DNA of 60,680 nucleotides from assembly GCA_019429145.1 (NCBI GenBank), contig JAHYJI010000004.1:1-60680 (forward strand), in the 5' to 3' direction. This stretch comes from Coriobacteriia bacterium. Its GTDB lineage: Bacteria > Actinomycetota > Coriobacteriia > Anaerosomatales > SLCP01. Of the stretch, positions 34,266 to 45,669 are shown in pieces; position 1 is the first letter of the stretch; each line of letters starts with the position of its first letter. Below the pieces are notes generated by a model. The model searched no databases and was not told the DNA's origin. It saw nothing but the letters and a program-made list of their open reading frames with translations. Made by a program: the position numbers and the translations under genes.

Positions 34266-36124
34266 ACTTCCGCTTCTGACGGCACGATTCCCTGGCGCAG
34301 CCGGGCGTGCTCTGACTGCAGGGTCGCGATCTCCTTGAACAGTGTATCGGCCGCATCGGCGTCGCCTGCAGCCTCGAGCGCCTTCTGACGCGCTCTCTTC
34401 TCCTTGATTTGACGCTCGAGCGCCAGTTCCTTGACTTTGGCCAGCGTCTGGCGGGCCACCGAGTGTACATCTTCAGCCGATGGTGCGTCCACGAGCAGAC
34501 CGGTCAGAACTGTGGCCGCCTGCTGATCGACCTTTGAAACTTCCCGGAAGAGTGCGTCGTCGGTGGCACTTCCGGCATTCACCACAGCGGTGAGTAGCGT
34601 CCGGGCCACAGGGTCCGTGAACAGGTCGCCTTGCAGCAAGGACCGTGCCCCCTGGCGCAGGGTGGGATCGGCCGCGACCAATCCAACCAGCGATCGCTCG
34701 GCGCGGGAACGCTGGTCGAGCACCTCGGGCACCTCCCGCTGTGCGCCTGATTCTCGATCGGTTCCGGGCTCCTCGTCGCGCCTGACGGGTCCCGGCCGCG
34801 ACTTCTCGATGGCTGCGCGCGCAGTCTCGAAGTCGACCAGGAGCCGGTCGGCGAGGTAGTTGGCGTAGTCGTGCGCGATAATCGAGCCTTTCACCGGGGC
34901 AACCACCGCAGCCGCCTCAGCGAGCGCCTTAGATCGCCCTCCCGGGGTGGATAGGTCGTTCGCCGAGAGCCTGCGCTCGATCGCAAAGCGCAGCAAGGGC
35001 TCCGCATCGCCGATAAGGTCGTTCATGGCAGACGCACCGTGCGCCCCTACGAAGTCAGCGGGATCCAGTGCGCCCGGAATAACGGCCACGAAGAGTTCGA
35101 CCCGCGACGTGCCCGCCTCGGGGGTAGCGCTGGCATCTACGAACTCCGACGCCCTGTCCGCCGCCCTCAGCCCCGCCTCATCACCATCGAACAGGTACAC
35201 GATCTTGTGTGCGAACCGGCCCAGAAGGCGGATATGCCGCGTCGTCAACGCGGTGCCCAGAGTCGCCACGACGTTGACAACGCCTGCCTCGTGAAGCGCG
35301 ATCACGTCCGTGTAGCCCTCGACGACGACCGCGGTACCCGAGGCGACGATCGCGCCCTTCGCCTTCTCGATGCCGTACAGATGAGCGGCCTTCTGGAAGA
35401 TCGGCGTTTCGGTCGAGTTCAGGTACTTGGGCTCGCCCTGACCGACCACTCTGCCGCCGAACGCGATCACGCGACCGTTCAGGTCGCGGATCGGGAACAT
35501 CACCCGCTCGAAGAACCGGTCCTTCAAGCGGGATGCACCCCCTGTCCCGCTCTCGAACGGCGGTAGTGCAAGGTTGGCTTCAACGATCTCCTCGGCGGAG
35601 AAGCCGGCTGCGGTCAGATGCTTCACGAGAGCGCCCCGACCCGGTGCGTAGCCCAGTGTGAACCGGCGTGCGACGTCGCTGCCGAAGCCGCGTTCGGAGA
35701 GGTAGCGTCGAGCATCGACAGCATCCGCATCCTTGGAGCGGGTAAGCACCTGATGGAAGTAGTCAGCGGCGGCGTCGCACGCCTCCATGAGACGCTCACG
35801 GCGCCCGCGAGGCAGGCTACTCCCCTCCTCGCGGATCTCGATCCGCCCGCGGTCTGCAAGCAGTCGGACCGCATCGGGAAACTCGAGGTGCTCGCGTTTC
35901 ATCGTGAACCCGAAGACGTCACCACCCTCACCGCAGCCGAAGCAGTGCCAGAGCTGGGTGGCCGGATCGACCTTGAACGACGGGGTCTTCTCGCCGTGAA
36001 AGGGACAGAGCCCCCAGAAGAGCCGGCCCTTCTTCTTCAGGACCACGCTCTCGGAGATGAGCGGAACGATGTCGGTCGCATCTCGTACCCGTGCGACGTC
36101 CTCTTCAGGAATGCGACCCAACAC
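34253..36124 (-). CDS. dnaG: DNA primase
   Basis: [11 protein letters not shown]...HCFGC zinc finger, PKYLNS, VEGYTDV TOPRIM, FDGDEAG. Confidence 0.97.
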   Translation of the reverse strand: MLGRIPEEDVARVRDATDIVPLISESVVLKKKGRLFWGLCPFHGEKTPSFKVDPATQLWHCFGCGEGGDVFGFTMKREHLEFPDAVRLLADRGRIEIREEGSSLPRGRRERLMEACDAAADYFHQVLTRSKDADAVDARRYLSERGFGSDVARRFTLGYAPGRGALVKHLTAAGFSAEEIVEANLALPPFESGTGGASRLKDRFFERVMFPIRDLNGRVIAFGGRVVGQGEPKYLNSTETPIFQKAAHLYGIEKAKGAIVASGTAVVVEGYTDVIALHEAGVVNVVATLGTALTTRHIRLLGRFAHKIVYLFDGDEAGLRAADRASEFVDASATPEAGTSRVELFVAVIPGALDPADFVGAHGASAMNDLIGDAEPLLRFAIERRLSANDLSTPGGRSKALAEAAAVVAPVKGSIIAHDYANYLADRLLVDFETARAAIEKSRPGPVRRDEEPGTDRESGAQREVPEVLDQRSRAERSLVGLVAADPTLRQGARSLLQGDLFTDPVARTLLTAVVNAGSATDDALFREVSKVDQQAATVLTGLLVDAPSAEDVHSVARQTLAKVKELALERQIKEKRARQKALEAAGDADAADTLFKEIATLQSEHARLRQGIVPSEAEVWDQ

Positions 36125-36196
36125 TGTCTCCTCTCATGCTCCTATCGAAGGTACCCCCGTTGGAGTGTCTTCCAACGCGGTGGCGCAAACGACGAG

Positions 36197-36226
36197 GCTC
36201 CCGGATGCCCTCAGGCACCCGGGAGC
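36197..36226 (-). terminator. Hairpin downstream of hppA
   Basis: 13-bp stem, fully paired on the minus strand with one G:U, 30 nt after the stop. Confidence 0.6.
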
Positions 36227-36256
36227 TCTCGATTCACGCTCGTTGCGGTTCGGAGC

Positions 36257-38368
36257 TTACCTGCCGAGGAACCCGCCACCCAGCGAGACGAAGAGCGGCA
36301 CGAACACCAGGCTCACGACGGTCATCAGCTTGATGAGGATGTTCATCGACGGTCCCGAGGTGTCCTTGAACGGATCGCCCACGGTGTCACCAACGACAGC
36401 GGCCTTGTGGGCGTCAGAACCCTTTCCGCCGTGCTTGCCGCCCTCGATGTACTTCTTGGCGTTGTCCCACGCGCCTCCGGCATTGGCCATGAAGATGGCG
36501 AGCAGGAAGCCGGTCACCAGCGCACCGGCGAGCAGTCCCGTCAGCATGTCGACGGAGACCGCACCGACGATGAGCGGCGCTGCCACGGCAATGACGCCGG
36601 GGACGACCATCTCTTTCAGGGACGCCTTGGTCGAGATGTCGACACAGGCGGCGTAGTCCGGCTTGCCGGTGCCCTCCATGATGCCGGGGATATCGCGGAA
36701 CTGGCGGCGGACTTCCTCGATCATCTTGAAGGCCGCGCGGCCGACAGCGTTCATCGTGAGCGCGCCGAAGAGGAAGGGCAGCATACCGCCGATGAAGAGA
36801 CCGACGATGACGTACGGGTTGTCGAGTCCCATGTTGAGAAGCGCAGCACCCTCTGCCTCGAGGCCGGCGTTGACCTGCGTGCGGAACGCCACGAACAGCG
36901 CGAGTGCGGTAAGACCAGCCGAACCGATGGCGAAGCCCTTCGCGATGGCGGCCGTTGTGTTGCCGACGCTGTCGAGCGAGTCGGTGATCTTTCGGATCTC
37001 GGGGCCCATGTGGGCCATCTCGGCGATACCGCCGGCGTTGTCGGCGACAGGCCCGTAGGCGTCGACGCCGACCGTGATGGCGATCGTCGAAAGCATGCCG
37101 AGCGCAGCCAGGCCGATGCCGTAGATGCCGCCGCCGGGTGCAGCAGCCTCACCAGCGGTGAAGGCGATGATGATGCCAGCGGAGACCACGAAGATCGGTG
37201 CGGCAGTCGACATCATGCCCGTACCGAGACCGGCGATGATGTTGGTAGCGGTTCCGGTCTCGGACGCCTCGGCGATCTTCTGCGTAGGACGGTAGTGGTC
37301 CGAGCAGAAGTACTCAGTGATCTTGCCGATGGAGATACCAGCGGCCAGACCTGCGAGCACTGCGGCGAAGAACCACATACGCGCGGGATCGGAGCCGTCG
37401 CGGGTCGACCAGTGCCAGAAGAGGAAGCCCATGGCGCCGACCTGCAGGATCGCAGCGACGTAGGTACCCATGTTCAGGGCGTTGTGGAGGTTTCCACCCT
37501 CCTTGGCGCGAACAGCGAACAGGCCGACGATCGACATCACGATGCCGATGGCGGCGATGAGCAGCGGAGCGGTGGCGCCGTAGATGAAGTCGATCGAGTC
37601 GAACCCGTCGCCCATGACGCCCCACAGCGAGACGGCGAGAACGACAGGCGCGAGGATCGAGCCGACGAACGACTCGAAGAGGTCGGCGCCCATTCCGGCC
37701 ACGTCACCGACGTTGTCACCGACGTTGTCGGCGATGACCGCGGGATTGCGGGGATCGTCCTCGGGAATGCCAGCCTCGACCTTACCGACAAGGTCGGCAC
37801 CGACATCGGCCGCCTTCGTGTAGATACCGCCGCCGACACGCGCGAAGAGCGCGATCGAGGAGGCGCCCATGGCAAAACCGTTGACCACTTCGGGCTGCGG
37901 GGTCTCGCCGTTGAGGATCAGGAAGATGATCCACAGGCTGATGCCACCCAGACCGAATGAGGCGACCGTCAGCCCCATGGTAAGACCGGAACGGAACGCG
38001 ACGTTGAGCGCCTTGTGCACGCCCTCGGTCGCGGCCTGTGCGGTACGCGTGTTGGCCCGGGTGGCAACGAACATACCGAAGTAGCCCGCCGCCGCGGAGA
38101 GGATCGCGCCGGTGAGGAACGCTACGGCAGTCATCGGCGGCATAGCCGGGACCACGACGATAGCCACCGCGACAACGATGGCGAACACGACAAGGACCCG
38201 GTACTCGCGCATGAGGAACGCGAGTGCCCCCTCCTGGGTCGCTTTGGAGATCTCCTGCATCTTCTCGTTGCCGGGATCCTGCTTGAGGACCCAGGACGCG
38301 AGATAGACGGCGACTGCGATGCCGAGCACCGCGGCAGCCGGTGCCACCCACGCTATCCAATCAGCCAT
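36257..38368 (-). CDS. hppA: Membrane-bound ion-translocating pyrophosphatase, K+-dependent type, probably Na+-pumping
   Basis: [71 protein letters not shown]. Confidence 0.96.
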   Translation of the reverse strand: MADWIAWVAPAAAVLGIAVAVYLASWVLKQDPGNEKMQEISKATQEGALAFLMREYRVLVVFAIVVAVAIVVVPAMPPMTAVAFLTGAILSAAAGYFGMFVATRANTRTAQAATEGVHKALNVAFRSGLTMGLTVASFGLGGISLWIIFLILNGETPQPEVVNGFAMGASSIALFARVGGGIYTKAADVGADLVGKVEAGIPEDDPRNPAVIADNVGDNVGDVAGMGADLFESFVGSILAPVVLAVSLWGVMGDGFDSIDFIYGATAPLLIAAIGIVMSIVGLFAVRAKEGGNLHNALNMGTYVAAILQVGAMGFLFWHWSTRDGSDPARMWFFAAVLAGLAAGISIGKITEYFCSDHYRPTQKIAEASETGTATNIIAGLGTGMMSTAAPIFVVSAGIIIAFTAGEAAAPGGGIYGIGLAALGMLSTIAITVGVDAYGPVADNAGGIAEMAHMGPEIRKITDSLDSVGNTTAAIAKGFAIGSAGLTALALFVAFRTQVNAGLEAEGAALLNMGLDNPYVIVGLFIGGMLPFLFGALTMNAVGRAAFKMIEEVRRQFRDIPGIMEGTGKPDYAACVDISTKASLKEMVVPGVIAVAAPLIVGAVSVDMLTGLLAGALVTGFLLAIFMANAGGAWDNAKKYIEGGKHGGKGSDAHKAAVVGDTVGDPFKDTSGPSMNILIKLMTVVSLVFVPLFVSLGGGFLGR

Positions 38369-38477
38369 GTACGTGCCTCTCCTTCCACGTTCTAAGCAAT
38401 CTGCGGGAATGCTCCGGTGATTCTATGCGAACGGGCGGGGTGCGGCAACAGAACGGTAACAATGGGCCGATGAACCG

Positions 38478-39503
38478 TCACACCCGCCACGAGACCGGCA
38501 CGAAGAGACGTTCGAACGACCGGATAGCGAACCGGTCGGTCATACCCGCGATATAGTCCGTGACCGTCTGCGGGAGATCCACCTGTGCCGCCTGCCGGTA
38601 CTCCCCGGGAAGATCGCCCGGGTTCTCGAGGAAGTGCAGGAAGAGCGAGCGCACGACCCGAAAGGCCTTGGGCTCCTCGGCCTTGGCCACCTCGCCGATG
38701 TAGACACGGTCGTGCAGGAAGCTCCTCAGTTCGAGCATCGCCTCCCAGACCGGCGCCGACATCCGTATCTCATCCGAATCGACAGACGCGTGCACCATGT
38801 CGTTGACCATCGTCGTGATACGCGCGCCATGGTTGTGGCCGAGGGCGTCTGTGGGACCCTGCGGCAGGTCGTCCTCGGTGAGTACGCCTCCCCGGATTGC
38901 GTCATCGATGTCGTGATTGATGTAGGCGATACGGTCGGCGGTGGCAACGATCTGTCCCTCGAGGGTGGACGCGCGTCCCGAACCCGTGTGATGGGAGATC
39001 CCGTCGCGTACCTCCCACGTCAGGTTCAGACCCTTGCCGCCGTACTCGAGGCGCTCGACGATGCGCAGGGACTGGAGGTTGTGGCGAAACCGGTCGGGCA
39101 CCTCGGGGAATCGATCTGCCACCTCGCGGAAGCACGCGGTCAGCGCGTCCTCGCCGATGTGGCCGAACGGGGTATGGCCGAGGTCGTGTGCGAGCGCGAT
39201 CGCCTCCGTCAGGTCCTCGTTGAGGCGCAGCGCACGGGCGATGGAACGCGCGATCTGGGCGACTTCGAGCGTGTGCGTCAGGCGCGTACGGTAGTGATCG
39301 CCTTCAGGAGCTAAGAAGACCTGCGTCTTGTGAGACAGGCGGCGAAACGCCTTGCAGTGGAGGACGCGGTCCCGGTCCCTTTGGTAGTCCGTCCGGTACT
39401 CGTCGACAGGCAGGGGCCGTTCCCGTCCGCGCGTGTCTCCGGAGAACGCAGCTCGAGGCTGCAGGCGTACGCGTTCCCCGGCCTCGTAGTCCTCCCGAGT
39501 CAT
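38478..39503 (-). CDS. dgt: Deoxyguanosinetriphosphate triphosphohydrolase (HD family)
   Basis: RDRDRVLHCKAFRRLSHKTQV, RTRLTHTLEV, AHDLGHTPFGH-GE, ADRIAYINHDIDD. Confidence 0.94.
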   Translation of the reverse strand: MTREDYEAGERVRLQPRAAFSGDTRGRERPLPVDEYRTDYQRDRDRVLHCKAFRRLSHKTQVFLAPEGDHYRTRLTHTLEVAQIARSIARALRLNEDLTEAIALAHDLGHTPFGHIGEDALTACFREVADRFPEVPDRFRHNLQSLRIVERLEYGGKGLNLTWEVRDGISHHTGSGRASTLEGQIVATADRIAYINHDIDDAIRGGVLTEDDLPQGPTDALGHNHGARITTMVNDMVHASVDSDEIRMSAPVWEAMLELRSFLHDRVYIGEVAKAEEPKAFRVVRSLFLHFLENPGDLPGEYRQAAQVDLPQTVTDYIAGMTDRFAIRSFERLFVPVSWRV

Positions 39504-39534
39504 GATGCCTGCGATGGTCACCCGGAACACGCTC

Positions 39535-39909
39535 CTACGCGAAAACGCCGATCAGGACGAGGGCAGCGTACCATGCACCGATGGCGCCGACAGTGCCCGC
39601 AGTCCACCGGTACCGCATGCCCCAGCCCCCGGCCACGGCAACTCCGATCGCCGCCCCCACGAGCACGGACGGGACGATGATCGCGACGCCATCAAACCAG
39701 AGGGCGGCCGCCGTCAGGAACAGCTCTCCGACGCCTTCGAACTCCATCGTGGCGTCGGCGTAGAGGAGCGGTACCGACGACGCGATAGGCCACAGAAGGC
39801 CGAGTGCGACGGACACGAGGTACGGCTGCCACCAGGGACGAGCAGTACGCGACCGGCCCTGGATGAGCGGCGAGCCCGGTGCCTGAAAGAGCTTGGTGCC
39901 TCTCGCCAC
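39535..39909 (-). CDS. Hypothetical membrane protein (three predicted helices)
   Basis: SD GAGGAG 6 nt before GTG 39909; hydrophobic segments; co-oriented within the gene run. Confidence 0.55.
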   Translation of the reverse strand: MARGTKLFQAPGSPLIQGRSRTARPWWQPYLVSVALGLLWPIASSVPLLYADATMEFEGVGELFLTAAALWFDGVAIIVPSVLVGAAIGVAVAGGWGMRYRWTAGTVGAIGAWYAALVLIGVFA

Positions 39910-39934
39910 GCGATCTCCTCTGGCGATCGGTGCG

Positions 39935-39962
39935 CGCCGGGCCGCAGATGCGCGGCCCGGCG
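39935..39962 (-). terminator. Hairpin downstream of ppdK
   Basis: CGCCGGGCCGC-AGATGC-GCGGCCCGGCG, perfect 11-bp stem just after the stop. Confidence 0.6.
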
Positions 39963-39970
39963 GGTGAAGC

Positions 39971-42682
39971 CTACCTGTTCTCTGACGCCGACGCCTTCTC
40001 GGCAAGCGTTGCCTGGGCCGCAGCCAATCGCGCGAGCGGCACGCGGTAGGGCGAGCACGACACGTAGTCGAGTCCGATCTTGTAGAACACCTTCACCGAC
40101 TCCGGATCTCCCCCGTGCTCACCGCAGACACCGAGCTTGATGCCCGGATTCGCCTCGCGACCGAGCGTACAACCCATCTCGACCAGCTTGGCCACCCCGT
40201 CGTCCACCGTCTCGAAGGGGTTGCGCGGGAGGATCTTGCGCTCCAGGTACCGCGGCAGGAACTTCGCCTCGATGTCGTCGCGGGAGAACCCGAACGTGGT
40301 CTGTGTCAGGTCGTTCGTGCCGAACGAGAAGAAGTCGGCCACCTTGGCGATACGGTCGGCCACCAGGGCGGCACGTGGCAACTCGATCATCGTCCCGATC
40401 GGGATGTCGAGGGTGACGCCGCACTCCTCCATGACCTCGGCAACAACCTTCTCGCTCTCCGCGCGCAACGTGCTGAGCTCGTCCTTCAGCGCCACGAGCG
40501 GGATCATGATCTCGGGCTTCGGGTCCTTGCCGCCCTGCTTGAGCTGGCACGCGGCACGGGTGATGGCCCGGACCTGCATCGCGTAGATCTCCGGGTGCAT
40601 GATGCCGAGGCGACAGCCGCGCAGTCCGAGCATCGGATTGGCCTCGGTCATGTGATCGATCTGCTCGAGCAGCTTGCGCTTCGGGCCGAGCTCGACGTCG
40701 CCGGCGCCGGCACACTCCTCTCGCGCGATCTCTATGGCGAGCTCGCGCGGGTCATCGAGGAACTCGTGCAGCGGCGGGTCGAGCAGCCGGACCGTGACCG
40801 GCAGACCGTCCATCGCCTCGAAGATACCGAGGTAGTCCTCGGTCTGCACCTCCAGAAGCTGGGCGAGAGCCGCATCGCGTGCCGCGTCGTCGCTGGCAAG
40901 TATCATGTCCTGCACGATGGCCTTCCGGTCGCCGAGGAACATGTGCTCGGTGCGGCACAGCCCGATACCCGCCGCTCCGAACTGGCGACCGAGGGCAGCG
41001 TCGTCCGGCGTGTCCGCATTGGCCCGGACACCCATCGTGCGAAACTCGTCGGCCCACCCGAGAATGGTGTCGAAGTCTCCGGACACCTCGGGATCGACCA
41101 GGTCGACGGCTCCGAGGACGACCGTGCCGGTAGTGCCATCGATGGAGATGATATCGCCCTCGGACAGCTTCACGTCGGCTCCGGACACCACCGCCTGCTT
41201 CCTGCCGGCGTCGATCTTGAGCGCCTCGGCTCCGCACACGCACGGCTTGCCCATACCGCGGGCTACTACCGCCGCGTGCGAGGTCTTTCCTCCGTGCGAG
41301 GTGAGGATGCCCTCGGCGGCGATCATGCCGTGGAGGTCATCCGGGGTCGTCTCCCAGCGGACGAGGATGACCTTGCGGCCCTCTGCAACCGCAGCGACAG
41401 CGTCGTCGGCAGTAAAGACGACCTCGCCCACTGCTGCGCCGGGCGATGCGTTGAGTCCCTTGGCCAGCGCGTCGTAGGACGCGCTGGCGTCGAACTGCGG
41501 GTGCAGCAGCTGATCGAGCTGATCCGGATCGACCCGCAGCACTGCCTCTTCGCGGCCGATGAGGTCCTCGTCGACCATGTCGACCGCGATCTTGAGCGCA
41601 GCTCGTGCGGTGCGCTTGCCCACCCGGGTCTGCAGCATCCAGAGCTTGCCCTGCTCGATGGTGAACTCGATGTCGCACATGTCGCGGTAGTGGTTCTCCA
41701 GGGTGGTGAAGACCCCGTCAAGCTCGGCGGCAACCTCGGGCATCACGTCGTGCAGCTCGGCGATGGGGGTGGTGTTGCGGATGCCGGCGACGACGTCCTC
41801 CCCCTGCGCGTTGACCAGGAAGTCCCCGTAGAACTCGTTCGTCCCATCCGCAGGATCGCGGGTGAAGGCGACACCGGTCGCACTCGTGTCTCCCTTGTTG
41901 CCGAACACCATGGTCTGAACGTTGACGGCTGTACCCAGATCGTCCGGAATGCGATAGAGACGCCGGTAATCGATGGCACGCCGGTTCATCCAGGACTTGA
42001 AGACCGCCTCGATGGAGAGGCGCAGCTGAGCGCGGACATCGAGCGGGAATCCCACGCGCCCGTCCTGTGCGAGCTCGGGGAAGTCATCGGCCGATGCGTG
42101 TTCGGCCACGATCTCCTTGAACTGCCCGACGAGTTTCTCCAGGTCGGAGGCGGACAGCTCGTTGTCCGAGGTGACCCCGCGCGCCTGACGCATGGTGGTG
42201 AGCGCGTTCTCGAAGAGCTCTCCCTCTACGTCCAGAACGACCTTCGAGAACATCTGGATGAAGCGACGGTAGGAGTCCCACGCGAAGCGATCGTTACCCG
42301 TTTGCGCGATGAGTCCCTGCACCGAGGTGTCGTTGAGACCGAGGTTGAGGATGGTATCCATCATGCCGGGCATCGAGAACGGTGCACCGGAGCGCACCGA
42401 GACGAGCAGCGGATCGTCGGCGTCCCCGAGCTTCTTGCCCATCTGCCCCTCGAGATCGGCGACGTACGCATCGATCTCGGCGTCGAGACCCTCGGGGAAG
42501 CGATTGCCACCCTGGGAGTACTCCACGCAGGCCTGGCACGTGATGGTGAAGCCGGGGGGCACGGGGAGCCCGAGCTTGGTCATCTCGGCGAGGTTTGCAC
42601 CTTTGCCGCCGAGGACGTACTTCATCGAAGCATCGCCTTCACGGAACGCATAGACACGCTTGACCTCGGACAATTTCCCCAC
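39971..42682 (-). CDS. ppdK: Pyruvate, phosphate dikinase
   Basis: LGGKGANLAEM, LLVSVRSGA, GGKTSHAAVVAR (catalytic His), NPMLGLRGCRL, FSFGTNDLTQ, CGEHGG. Confidence 0.98.
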   Translation of the reverse strand: MGKLSEVKRVYAFREGDASMKYVLGGKGANLAEMTKLGLPVPPGFTITCQACVEYSQGGNRFPEGLDAEIDAYVADLEGQMGKKLGDADDPLLVSVRSGAPFSMPGMMDTILNLGLNDTSVQGLIAQTGNDRFAWDSYRRFIQMFSKVVLDVEGELFENALTTMRQARGVTSDNELSASDLEKLVGQFKEIVAEHASADDFPELAQDGRVGFPLDVRAQLRLSIEAVFKSWMNRRAIDYRRLYRIPDDLGTAVNVQTMVFGNKGDTSATGVAFTRDPADGTNEFYGDFLVNAQGEDVVAGIRNTTPIAELHDVMPEVAAELDGVFTTLENHYRDMCDIEFTIEQGKLWMLQTRVGKRTARAALKIAVDMVDEDLIGREEAVLRVDPDQLDQLLHPQFDASASYDALAKGLNASPGAAVGEVVFTADDAVAAVAEGRKVILVRWETTPDDLHGMIAAEGILTSHGGKTSHAAVVARGMGKPCVCGAEALKIDAGRKQAVVSGADVKLSEGDIISIDGTTGTVVLGAVDLVDPEVSGDFDTILGWADEFRTMGVRANADTPDDAALGRQFGAAGIGLCRTEHMFLGDRKAIVQDMILASDDAARDAALAQLLEVQTEDYLGIFEAMDGLPVTVRLLDPPLHEFLDDPRELAIEIAREECAGAGDVELGPKRKLLEQIDHMTEANPMLGLRGCRLGIMHPEIYAMQVRAITRAACQLKQGGKDPKPEIMIPLVALKDELSTLRAESEKVVAEVMEECGVTLDIPIGTMIELPRAALVADRIAKVADFFSFGTNDLTQTTFGFSRDDIEAKFLPRYLERKILPRNPFETVDDGVAKLVEMGCTLGREANPGIKLGVCGEHGGDPESVKVFYKIGLDYVSCSPYRVPLARLAAAQATLAEKASASENR

Positions 42683-42756
42683 TCCCTAGTCGATGGACCC
42701 AACCACACCGGCATGCGATTCAAGACATCGACGCCCCGATGGCGTCCCCTCACAAC

Positions 42757-43563
42757 TCAGCCCTCAAGATACCGGATAATCTCCTGCGCTGTCTCCTCGA
42801 TGGCACGGTCATCGGTCCGCACAACGATGCATCCCAACCGTCTCATCAGTGCGCGTGCGGACTCCAGGTCCCGCTCCACCGCTTCCCGCTCTGCGTAGTG
42901 TCGTGCATAGGTCCCGAGCTCGGACAAGCGCTTGCTGCGGATCGAGGACAGGAGGTCCGGATCGCTCGTTAGACCGAACACCTTGCGCGGATTGACCCCG
43001 AAGAGCTCGGCGGGCGGATCGACCTCGGCCATGAGCGGGATATTGGCGGCCTTGTACCCCTTGAATGCGAGGTACATCGAGAGCGGCGTCTTGCTCGTCC
43101 GGGAAGCGCCGATCAGTATCACTTCGGCCTCCGCAAGACCCTGGGGATTACGGCCGTCGTCATGCTTGACCGCGAACTCCATCGCCTCTATCCGCTGAAA
43201 GTAGCCGCGATCCGTCCGCCGGATGGCGCCGACCTCGCCGGTCGGGTCGACGCCCGAGACGCGTGAGAGGGCCCCGACCGCAGTGCCGAGGATGTCGACG
43301 GCGGTGATGCCGAGTTCGGTCACGAGCGCGTGCATCCGTTCGCGAAGCACAGGGTTGGCAAGCGTGTAGAAGAAGACGCACCCCCGTGCCGACGCAGCCC
43401 GGACGAGCTCCTCCAGGGCTCCGGCAGACGACACCTTGGCGAGGCGAGTGATCTCGAAGTTACCTCGCGGGAACTGGCTGGCCGCTGCGCGCGCGACGAG
43501 GTCGGCCGTCTCGCCGAGCGAGTCCGAGAGCACGTAGATCCGTGCGGGAACCTCACAGCTCAT
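42757..43563 (-). CDS. ppsR: PPDK regulatory kinase/pyrophosphorylase (PDRP, DUF299)
   Basis: SDSLGETA, AMEFAVKHDDG, GASRTSKTPLSMYLA, AIEETA. Confidence 0.93.
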   Translation of the reverse strand: MSCEVPARIYVLSDSLGETADLVARAAASQFPRGNFEITRLAKVSSAGALEELVRAASARGCVFFYTLANPVLRERMHALVTELGITAVDILGTAVGALSRVSGVDPTGEVGAIRRTDRGYFQRIEAMEFAVKHDDGRNPQGLAEAEVILIGASRTSKTPLSMYLAFKGYKAANIPLMAEVDPPAELFGVNPRKVFGLTSDPDLLSSIRSKRLSELGTYARHYAEREAVERDLESARALMRRLGCIVVRTDDRAIEETAQEIIRYLEG

Positions 43564-43599
43564 GTACGGGTCCTCCCGTGAACGACATGGCCGAGTCGC

Positions 43600-45669
43600 T
43601 CATCCCGCCAGCCGGGAGAAGTCCGCGAAACGCTCGAACAGCGCGACGAACCTGTTGAGCTGGCGGAGCCGGTTGCGCCGGAGCTCCTCATCGGGATCCA
43701 TCACGAGCACCGAGTCGAAGAACGCATCGATCGGCACGCGGAGTCCGGCCAGGACCCCCAGCGCCGAGTCGTAGTCGCGTGCGGCAAGCGAGACCGACGC
43801 CCGCTGCTCGGCATCTGCGAGAGCATCGGCGAGAGCGGCTTCCTCGGCACCCATGAGCGATGGATCCGCCGCGGTACCGAGTTCGGGCGCGGAGAGGTTC
43901 TTGGCACGTGCGAACGCGACGGACAGATCGTCCATCACATCGCTCGAGGCGCGGACCGCGGTGAGCGCCTCGCAGCGGGCACGAGCATCCGAGAGATCGT
44001 CCGAGGCAACCGCCAGGACCGCTTCGACCGTGTCGTACGCGTGGCCCCGGTCGCGAAGCACGACCTCGAAGCGTCCCGTGAAGAACTCTCTTACCGATTC
44101 ACCGACGCTCTGGCGGTCGAACTCCAGGGCCCCCTCGTAGCCGTCCAGGGCCGCACCGATCGCCTCGTCGAGCGTGATGTCGAGCCCGCCCAGCACGATC
44201 GCGATGATGCCGAGTGCCCCGCGGCGCAGCGCATACGGGTCTGCGGACCCCGTCGGCGCCATGCCCACGGAGAAGATGCCGCAGATCGTGTCGAGCTTGT
44301 CCGCCACGGAGACCAGACGACCCGCGTGGGAGACAGGGATGTCATCGCCTGCAAAGCGCGGTTGATAGTGCTCGGGAATCGCGGCTGCTACAGAGCCGCT
44401 CTCCCCTGCGGCGAGCGCGTAGTACCTGCCCATCACACCTTGCAGCGAGGGGAACTCGATCACCACGTGGGTCGAAAGGTCTGCTTTGCACAGGTGCGCC
44501 GCCCGAATCGCCTCGGCGGTGACTCCCGCATCGACACCGGCAAGAGCAGCAAGACGGCCTGTGAGCGATTCGATTCGCGAGACCTTCTCGGCCAGGGTGC
44601 CAAGTTTCTCCTGAAAGACGATGCTCCCGAGGGCGGCAACGTAGCTTTCCAGCGGGCGGGCCAGGTCCTCCTTATAGAAGAAGGCGGCGTCTGCCAGCCG
44701 CGCCCTGATGACGCGCTCGTGACCGGAAACGATCGGTGACGTTCGCGCCGGGTCGCCGTTGTGTACCACGACGAAGGCAGGGAGCAAGGTGCCGTCCGGG
44801 CCTTCCAGCGGGAAGTAGCGCTGATGTGACTGCATCGCAGTCTCGAGGACCTCACGCGGGACCTCGAGGAACTCCTCGTCGAACCGCCCGACGCCCACGG
44901 TGGGCCACTCGACGAGGTTGACGACCTCGGCGAACACCTTCTCGGGAACCACCGCTGAGGCACCTGCCTCGGCTGCAACCGCTTCGATGCCCTCGCGCAC
45001 CAGAGCCGCGCGCTCCGTGTGGTCGTAGACGACGAAGCCGCGCCTGCATGCGAGATCGTATTCGGCAGCAGTGGGGACCTCGATCGGGCCCGGCGCAAGG
45101 AAGCGATGACCATAGGTGATCCGACCGGCCTCGACGTTGCCGAAGTTCACCGGAACCACCTGTGCTCCGAAGAGCGCGAGCATCCAGCGGACCGGCCGGG
45201 TGAACCGGGTCTCGCCCGAGCCCCAGCGCATCGACTTCGGCCACTCGAGAGCTGATACCAGTCCGCCGAGGATGCCGGGAAGCACCTCGATCGTCGGACG
45301 CCCGGGCCGGTCGATGACCGCGTACACGTACGCACCGTTCTCGTCCTCCACGCGCTCAAGGTCCGCAACGCTGACTCCCTTGCCGCGGGCGAAGCCCTCG
45401 GCGGCCTTGGTCGGATGACCGTCAGCGTCGAATGCAGCCTTGACGGAGGGGCCCTTGGCGCGCAGCGTCTGGTCCTCCTGCTGCTCGGCCAGATCGGTCA
45501 CCCGCAGGGTCAACCTCCGGGGAGAGCCGAACACGTCGACGGCGGCGAAGCCCAGGCGCTCGTCGCCGAGTACCCGCTCGGCATCGGCCTTCAGCTGGCC
45601 GATCGCGGCGTACAGCGGAGCGGAGGGAATCTCCTCGACTCCGATCTCGAACACGAGCTCGCGCATCAT
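43600..45669 (-). CDS. glyS: Glycine--tRNA ligase beta subunit
   Basis: [41 protein letters not shown]. Confidence 0.96.
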   Translation of the reverse strand: MMRELVFEIGVEEIPSAPLYAAIGQLKADAERVLGDERLGFAAVDVFGSPRRLTLRVTDLAEQQEDQTLRAKGPSVKAAFDADGHPTKAAEGFARGKGVSVADLERVEDENGAYVYAVIDRPGRPTIEVLPGILGGLVSALEWPKSMRWGSGETRFTRPVRWMLALFGAQVVPVNFGNVEAGRITYGHRFLAPGPIEVPTAAEYDLACRRGFVVYDHTERAALVREGIEAVAAEAGASAVVPEKVFAEVVNLVEWPTVGVGRFDEEFLEVPREVLETAMQSHQRYFPLEGPDGTLLPAFVVVHNGDPARTSPIVSGHERVIRARLADAAFFYKEDLARPLESYVAALGSIVFQEKLGTLAEKVSRIESLTGRLAALAGVDAGVTAEAIRAAHLCKADLSTHVVIEFPSLQGVMGRYYALAAGESGSVAAAIPEHYQPRFAGDDIPVSHAGRLVSVADKLDTICGIFSVGMAPTGSADPYALRRGALGIIAIVLGGLDITLDEAIGAALDGYEGALEFDRQSVGESVREFFTGRFEVVLRDRGHAYDTVEAVLAVASDDLSDARARCEALTAVRASSDVMDDLSVAFARAKNLSAPELGTAADPSLMGAEEAALADALADAEQRASVSLAARDYDSALGVLAGLRVPIDAFFDSVLVMDPDEELRRNRLRQLNRFVALFERFADFSRLAG

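Noticed and set aside
28159-39962. REP-like repeat family among GC-rich hairpins (8677, 28159, 32751, 36197, 39935)
   Set aside because: They share only short GC-rich cores. Most sit right after stop codons and fit ordinary terminators.
40115-42898. Long plus-strand ORFs antisense to real genes (e.g. 927 aa opposite ppdK, 780 aa opposite hppA, 626 aa opposite nuoL)
   Set aside because: Shadow ORFs expected from high-GC codon bias, with no recognisable motifs.
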